Shown: piece after piece, positions 36,106 through 41,827 of the stretch | Numbering within the stretch: position 1 is the first letter of the stretch | Layout: every line of letters starts with the position of its first letter | Assembly (NCBI GenBank): GCA_028275385.1 | Contig: JAPWUR010000002.1 | Coordinates: 1-41,827 of the forward strand | Length of the DNA stretch: 41,827 nt | Origin: Candidatus Bathyarchaeota archaeon | GTDB lineage: Archaea; Thermoproteota; Bathyarchaeia; 40CM-2-53-6; CALIRQ01 | Direction of reading: 5' to 3' | The notes under the pieces: model-generated | Told to the model about the DNA's origin: nothing | Databases searched by the model: none | What the model saw: the letters and a program-made list of their open reading frames with translations, nothing else | Translations under genes and position numbers: made by a program

Positions 36106-37278
36106 TCAGCGCCCCAGGGCTTTTGAATAAACGCCCTCCATCCTCCTCGCGACGTTCTCCCAAGTGAAATCCCTCACCCTCCTCTCCCCCTCCTTGGATA
36201 TTCTCTCCATGACCCCCGGCGAGTTCAGGAGGTAATTTATCCCCCAAGCCACCGAATCCGGGTTCGCGTAGACCTTCACCCCATTTGAGAAGTTATCTAT
36301 GTTCTCCCCGAACCCGCCAACGTCGGTCGCGACCACAGGCCTCCCGGCCGCCCAAGCCTCCAACAGGGTCATCCCGAATGGCTCGTTCCTGCTTGGGAGG
36401 CAGACTATATCGGAGGAATTGAGGAGCTCCAAATATTGGAGGTGGGGGACGAACCCCAAGAAGCGCACGGCATGCCCCACGCCCAGCTCGCCCGCCCTGC
36501 CCTCCAAGTAGCCCCTCATGCTCCCGCTCCCCACGAATACGAATTTCGCATCCCATCGATCCCTTAGGATCCTCGGGACCGCCTCCAATAGGAGGTCGGG
36601 CCCCTTTTGATATTCCATCCTCCCCACGAAAAGTATCATCGGGGCCAGCGGATGTATCCCATACCTCTCCTTGATCCTCCCGGGGTCCACGCTCAACTTG
36701 AACCTACTGGGATCGATCCCGTTCGGTATCACGTCGATCTTATCGAATGGGATCTTGTAGAGCCAATTTAGCTCATCCCTCATGCAATTGGAAACCGTCG
36801 TGACCCTGTTGGCTATGTATCCCCCATACCACTCCTTCCCGGAGATCTCCTTGAATTCCCACCAATCCCCGAAGACCCCCCCGTTCCGGCCGTATTCAGT
36901 GGAATGATACGTCAGGACTATCGGGCGCCCATCCCCCTTCAATTCGTGCAGGGCGTCCACGACCAACCAATCGTGCCCATGCACGACGTCGAACTCGCCC
37001 GCGTATCGCTCAACGGAGCGGACGTTTTCCACGATGGCCCTCGACATATCGTGCGCGAGCGCCAATACGTTCGGTCCCCAATCCAAGTGGCATGTATAAT
37101 AATGGACCGAGTTTATATGCATGTAATGGGGCTGGCCTCGGGCCCCCCTCGTGAAGAGGTGGACCTCATGGCCGGCCTTGGCCAAGCCCTCCGCGAGCCC
37201 GCTCACCGCGGCGGCGAGCCCGCCGACCTGGATCGTATAGGAGGATTCCCAGGACAATAGGGCTATCCTCAGCCCCAA
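36106..37278 (-). CDS. GT4 glycosyltransferase (glycogen synthase-like)
   Basis: SWES...VGGL, HGHDW, HSTEYGR, GR...QKGPD and EPFG..LLEAW. Start TTG37278 or CTG37272. Confidence 0.9.
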   Translation of the reverse strand: MGLRIALLSWESSYTIQVGGLAAAVSGLAEGLAKAGHEVHLFTRGARGQPHYMHINSVHYYTCHLDWGPNVLALAHDMSRAIVENVRSVERYAGEFDVVHGHDWLVVDALHELKGDGRPIVLTYHSTEYGRNGGVFGDWWEFKEISGKEWYGGYIANRVTTVSNCMRDELNWLYKIPFDKIDVIPNGIDPSRFKLSVDPGRIKERYGIHPLAPMILFVGRMEYQKGPDLLLEAVPRILRDRWDAKFVFVGSGSMRGYLEGRAGELGVGHAVRFLGFVPHLQYLELLNSSDIVCLPSRNEPFGMTLLEAWAAGRPVVATDVGGFGENIDNFSNGVKVYANPDSVAWGINYLLNSPGVMERISKEGERRVRDFTWENVARRMEGVYSKALGR

Positions 37279-38822
37279 CCAAAGCCCCCCCGGGCCCTCA
37301 GCTCCGATACCCTCCTCCTCACGGCCTCGCGAAGGGCCGCCCTCAGCTCCCCGATCCCCCCAAGGCGCATTCCGCCGACCTCATCCGCCAGATCGGCATC
37401 GCCTATCGTATGCCTGATCCATCTCTCGAAATCGCCCCGCGCCATGTGGAACCCTATGGATCCATCCGAGGCCAATAGGATGGCGTCTCCGAACTCCTCC
37501 AACGAGTGGGCGGAGAGGCCCGCATAGGCCCCGCCCTCGTGGAAGTGGAAGGCCCGATCCGGCGGGACCACGCGCAGGAAAAGCGATGAGGACCTCGCCG
37601 GCTCCGGGAGGGCCTCGGCGATCCTCTCGTTTAGATCCGATAGGATCCTCATGAGCGCCCAAAAGGCCGCCGCGGGGGGTTGCGAGCTGAAGTATTCATG
37701 AACCGAGCGGGATGGGCGCGGCTGCGTATACATATAATAGAGCAGATCGCTCGCCTGCAGGAGCCTCCAAATCTTTATGAGGGATTCGTTGCGGGATCCC
37801 TTGACCGGGGCCTCCATCCCCTTCAGGGCGCGATAGCAGGTCCTTTGCATATCGTTTCCGAGCCAAGCGCTCGTGGATCGCTCCTCATCCGCCCATGAAA
37901 CCGTTTCGAAATCCCCCACGCTTATCACCCCGACCGGGGAATGGGACGATATCAGCTCGGACGGCGTTTTGAATGCGAGGTTCTCGCGCTTCAAGACCTC
38001 GATCGGCAGCCACCTGAAGAACTCCATGATGCCCGTTTCCGGCCATTGATGCTCGCCGAACGTTTCATAATCGATGAATATGTTTATGCAATCCCCGGGG
38101 GTGGCCGATAGCCAAGCCGCGTATTTATCCGCGGTCAGGGGCCAGCCCGGCCAATCCCTGTTGGAGAACCTAAAGGCTATGTCGTCCGATAACCTATAAT
38201 TCCTCAATAGCACGACGATCCCGGCGCCATCGGCCCTGTAGAGGTGATTCGGGGACCTCCATCCCAAGATGCGCTCGGCCCCTTCCGTGAATACCCCCGA
38301 GTAGCCCAGCGCCTCCAAGGTCCTCGCGATCGAGTTATTGTATAGGAACTCCGTGTTCTCGAATACGATGGGCTCTTGGCCAAAGCAATCCCTCATCAGG
38401 GCCCTGTGGAGCTCGACCTGTTCGATGAACTCCGCCCTATCCGAGGAGAAAAGGCTGGAGAGGGAATGATAATAGGTTTGATCGAGGAGCTCGACGCATC
38501 CGCTCCGGGCCAGATCCCTGAAGGATTCGAGGGCCTCCGGAGCCCAGCGCTCCAATTGCTCGACCAGGATCCCGGAGAGGCTGAAGCAAACCTTGAACTT
38601 CTTCCCATCCCCCTTGAATCGATCTATATTCTCCAGGATTATCTCATTCGCCGGCAAGTAGCACTTCCTGGCGACCCTTTCCAAAATCGCCCTGTTCCAG
38701 CAATTATCGAAGTAGATATCGAATAGCTCCTCCGGCCTTTTGCCCTCGCCGAGCTCCTTCCGGAAATCCCTATTGATCCTTAGGGGTTGATGCACCTCGA
38801 AGCCGAGGCATATATCCGGCAT
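37269..38822 (-). CDS. GH57 alpha-amylase with C-terminal DUF5752 domain
   Basis: FEVHQP, QTYYHSL, NTE, SDDIAFRFS and DYETFGEH; C-terminal VPPDRAFHF...RGDFERWI. Confidence 0.92.
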   Translation of the reverse strand: MPDICLGFEVHQPLRINRDFRKELGEGKRPEELFDIYFDNCWNRAILERVARKCYLPANEIILENIDRFKGDGKKFKVCFSLSGILVEQLERWAPEALESFRDLARSGCVELLDQTYYHSLSSLFSSDRAEFIEQVELHRALMRDCFGQEPIVFENTEFLYNNSIARTLEALGYSGVFTEGAERILGWRSPNHLYRADGAGIVVLLRNYRLSDDIAFRFSNRDWPGWPLTADKYAAWLSATPGDCINIFIDYETFGEHQWPETGIMEFFRWLPIEVLKRENLAFKTPSELISSHSPVGVISVGDFETVSWADEERSTSAWLGNDMQRTCYRALKGMEAPVKGSRNESLIKIWRLLQASDLLYYMYTQPRPSRSVHEYFSSQPPAAAFWALMRILSDLNERIAEALPEPARSSSLFLRVVPPDRAFHFHEGGAYAGLSAHSLEEFGDAILLASDGSIGFHMARGDFERWIRHTIGDADLADEVGGMRLGGIGELRAALREAVRRRVSELRARGGFGWG

Positions 38823-38890
38823 GGGATCAACCCGCGGGGATTCCCCGAAAGGCCTCCCGCCCCCCGATCCTTAGGGGGCCCATCGATCGG

Positions 38891-40159
38891 CTATGGCGCG
38901 GAATCGACCTCACCCTCGTAATCGAACTCCCTAAGCCTCAAATGGGGGCTCACCTTGGCCTTGAATAGGACGCACCCCGCATCGATCCATACGTTATCGC
39001 CCACGACCGATACCGAATGTATTCGCGTTGGTTTATCCCTTGAGGAGCTCACGGTGACGTGCCTCCCGATTATGCTCCTATCTATGCTCGCGTTCTCCCC
39101 TATCAGGACCCTATCCATGATCGCCGAATCCTCGATCACGGAACCCCTCCCGATCCTCGTATAGTTATCTATGCAGGAGTTCGATATCCTAACGCCCTCC
39201 TCTATTTGGCAATGCCTCCCGATCAAAACCGGCTCCTCGACCTCTATCTTCCCCTCCCTTATCATCTCCACTATCCTATTCCTCCTCGCCAGGGACTCCG
39301 GGCTCTGGCCTTGTATCCATATGCGCTTATCCGGGGAGATCCTGCCCTCGAAATCCTGGAGGCATTCCAAGCGCCCCGCCAATATATCGTACATCGCCTC
39401 CAAATATCGCTCGGGGGATCCGACATCGTACCAGCCCTTCTTGATTATGTAGCCGTAAACGCCGTATCCGGACTCTATCAAATGGGGTATGAAATCGTAG
39501 CCAAAATCCAAGCGCTCGCGCTTGGATACCTTATCCCTAACCCAATCGCCCCGCATGACCTCCCTTATCTCGGGGCTGAAGAGGTATAGGCCCGTATTGG
39601 CCAAGTTGGATGGGGCCTCATCCCTAGGCGGCTTCTCGACGAACCTATAGATCCTCATATCGCCGTCGATTTCCGCCACGCCATAGCCCTCCGTATCCTC
39701 GACCTCCTTGAGGCATATCGTGACGATCCCGCCCTTCCTTTCGTGAAACTCTAGCAGGCTTTTCAGATCTATATCGAATATATTGTCGCCCTGAACCCCG
39801 AAGACGGGATCCCTTATATCGTAATACTCCAGGACTATCCTGGCCGAGTCCGCGCTGCCGCAATCGTCCTCGTTGGGTTGATATTTTATATGGACCCTCG
39901 GGCTAAGGCCGTATTTGGCCGAGAAGCCGAGCCCGTCCTGGAAGTAATCGAATAGATCCCTGAAGTTCCTATAGCCCTTAACGCCGAATATGAAGTTCCT
40001 AACCCCTTGCCTCGCCAATCCCAGCATCGCTATCTCTATCAGCGGCATATTCACGAGCCTGACGCAAGCCTTCGAGGTCGTGGCCGTGAGCGGCATGAGC
40101 CTCTTGGCCACTCCCCCGACCGGTATTATCACCCTTAAATCCTCTGGCCTGCAGATCAT
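38891..40159 (-). CDS. NDP-sugar pyrophosphorylase (glucose-1-phosphate nucleotidyltransferase-like) with left-handed beta-helix
   Basis: GG.AKRL.PLT...SK, GSAD, QGD, FVEKP, ANTGLY, DFG and W.DVG; hexapeptide repeats. Confidence 0.88.
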   Translation of the reverse strand: MICRPEDLRVIIPVGGVAKRLMPLTATTSKACVRLVNMPLIEIAMLGLARQGVRNFIFGVKGYRNFRDLFDYFQDGLGFSAKYGLSPRVHIKYQPNEDDCGSADSARIVLEYYDIRDPVFGVQGDNIFDIDLKSLLEFHERKGGIVTICLKEVEDTEGYGVAEIDGDMRIYRFVEKPPRDEAPSNLANTGLYLFSPEIREVMRGDWVRDKVSKRERLDFGYDFIPHLIESGYGVYGYIIKKGWYDVGSPERYLEAMYDILAGRLECLQDFEGRISPDKRIWIQGQSPESLARRNRIVEMIREGKIEVEEPVLIGRHCQIEEGVRISNSCIDNYTRIGRGSVIEDSAIMDRVLIGENASIDRSIIGRHVTVSSSRDKPTRIHSVSVVGDNVWIDAGCVLFKAKVSPHLRLREFDYEGEVDSAP

Positions 40160-40340
40160 GGGGAGTATTGCGCCCCATGGGGCCTATTGCGGGATGGGCG
40201 CTTTAAAATTATCGATCGCCATCGTTTAAAAGGCGAGCCCCCCATCCATCGGGGAGGAAGGGGCCGATGGAGGCGGGGGGCGCTCCCCGACCCCGATTGG
40301 GCTGGATCGCCCGATCGGGGATGGGGATCTGCGAGGGGGG

Positions 40341-41393
40341 ATGGCCTTGGGGCGCTTGATCCTCGAAAAGGAGATCCGCGAGGCGGAGATTTGCAATCCG
40401 GCATTGGGATTCGCCGCGGAGACCCAATCGATAGAATATCGGAGGGATCCGCTGACCGGCGCCCGATGCAGGATAAACGCAAAGCGAGCCAATAGGGTGA
40501 AGGAGGTCGCGAGCAAGGGGGCGGGGATCGAGGATTTGCCGAGGATCCCAAAGGAGGGCTGCGCGTTTTGCCCCGAGAACGTCGAGAGGATGACTCCCAA
40601 ATTCCCGGATGAATTGATAAAGGGGGGGAGGCTCAAGGTCGGATCCGCGATCGTCTTCCCGAACCTATACCCGTTCAGCAAATATCACGGCGTTGCTGTG
40701 TTCTCCGAAGCCCATGACGCGGGGCTGGGCGAGATATCCCCGGAGGGCATCCGGGATTGCGTGAGGGCTTGCGTGGAATTCCTATCGATTATAGGGGAAA
40801 GGGATCCAAGGGCCATATATGGGTCGATAAACTGGAATTACATGCCGCCGGCGGGGGCCAGCATAGTGCACCCCCATCTCCAAGTCATAGCAGACGCGAT
40901 CCCCACCAGGTTCCAAGAGGAGCTGATCCGATGCAGCGAGTCCTATTATGGGAGTCATGGGAGCAGCTATTGGGTGGATTTGATAGAGACTGAGAGGGCG
41001 CTCGGGGAGAGGATGATCCGCGAGGGCCCCTCCGTGGTTTGGCTCGCGAGCTATGCGCCGCGGGGGAACAACGAGGTCCTGGGGATATTGCCCGGGGCGT
41101 CCTCCATATCGGGAATCGATGACGCGGTCCTGATGGAGCTCTCCGATGGGCTCACGAGGATCCTCCGGGGATATCGCGATTTGGGCGCGAGGAGCTTCAA
41201 CATGAGCATCGTGCCCGGGCCCCTTGATCGGGAGCTGGAATATTACGCTTTGAACGTGAGGATCCTCTCGAGGCCGAACCCCGGCTCCCATTACACGAGC
41301 GATTGCGGATTCATGGAGAGGATCCATTTGGAGAGCGTCGTGGAGTCGATGCCCGAGGCGGTCGCGGAAAGGCTCAGGCGATATTTCGCATAA
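40341..41393 (+). CDS. GalT-like (HIT superfamily) nucleotidyltransferase
   Basis: R.DPLTG, CAFCP, PNLYPF and AGAS..HPH.Q. Confidence 0.85.
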   Translation: MALGRLILEKEIREAEICNPALGFAAETQSIEYRRDPLTGARCRINAKRANRVKEVASKGAGIEDLPRIPKEGCAFCPENVERMTPKFPDELIKGGRLKVGSAIVFPNLYPFSKYHGVAVFSEAHDAGLGEISPEGIRDCVRACVEFLSIIGERDPRAIYGSINWNYMPPAGASIVHPHLQVIADAIPTRFQEELIRCSESYYGSHGSSYWVDLIETERALGERMIREGPSVVWLASYAPRGNNEVLGILPGASSISGIDDAVLMELSDGLTRILRGYRDLGARSFNMSIVPGPLDRELEYYALNVRILSRPNPGSHYTSDCGFMERIHLESVVESMPEAVAERLRRYFA

Positions 41394-41432
41394 AAAGGGA
41401 GGGGCTGCCGAGCGCCGCCCCAGCGCCCGGGC

Positions 41433-41711
41433 TCACTTGGATAGGATTATCTCTATGGTGGAGACGTTCATCGGGGCGTTCGTCTCCTTGCTGACCAGCT
41501 GCTCCGTCCCTATCCTTACCTCCTTGACCTTCACATCGGGCATGAAGCGCTTCCTGACGACCTCGACCACGTCGACGGCCCTGTTTATGGCCCTGCCCCT
41601 CGCCTTGACGGAGACCTCCTGGGCCCCGCCCTGGAGGAGCGTTATGCAGGCCAGGACGTAGTTCATCACCGGCTTCCTGCCGACGAAGATCGCGTTCGAA
41701 CCAGCGGACAA
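41433..41711 (-). CDS. albA: Chromatin protein Alba
   Basis: [22 protein letters not shown] and VSTIEI; TTG start after GAGGTG. Confidence 0.96.
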   Translation of the reverse strand: MSAGSNAIFVGRKPVMNYVLACITLLQGGAQEVSVKARGRAINRAVDVVEVVRKRFMPDVKVKEVRIGTEQLVSKETNAPMNVSTIEIILSK

Positions 41712-41818
41712 TCTGATCCGCACCTCGCTCGATCCATGGTATGGCGGGAGCGAATGGCCCCGGCCTCGGTATAAATGCCTTGCGGTGCCGGGCCGGGCCC
41801 GCCCGGGGTGATCGGATA

Positions 41819-41827
41819 ATGGCGGGC
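41819..41827 (+). CDS. Start of a gene truncated by the window edge
   Basis: TATAAAT near 41770 and SD GGGGTGA at 41805-41811, then ATG GCG GGC. Confidence 0.5.

Overview
High-GC archaeal chromosomal window from a TACK-lineage organism, most consistent with Bathyarchaeia (inferred from PolD DP1, eS30, arcadin-1, an OST3/6-like protein and DUF5752). It is mostly housekeeping: nurA-herA, pyrK, rps30e, elp3, gatD/gatE, NAC, pncB, a tRNA thiolase, archease-rtcB, mobB, hisC, clp1, radB, carS, gcvT, phoU, DP1, a glycogen/alpha-glucan cluster and alba, plus six tRNA genes. The standout is a tRNA-Phe(GAA) gene (19338-19484, minus strand) broken by FOUR bulge-helix-bulge (BHB) introns at 8/9, 18/19, 37/38 and 59/60. 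Its 5' leader also carries a duplicate of the acceptor 5' strand that could act as a splicing decoy. tRNA-Ser(CGA) has two introns and tRNA-Gly(GCC) has one. rps30e is missing from the ORF track and appears to start at ATC. No CRISPR array, integrase or transposase was seen. Family assignments come from motif recognition only; no database searches were run.
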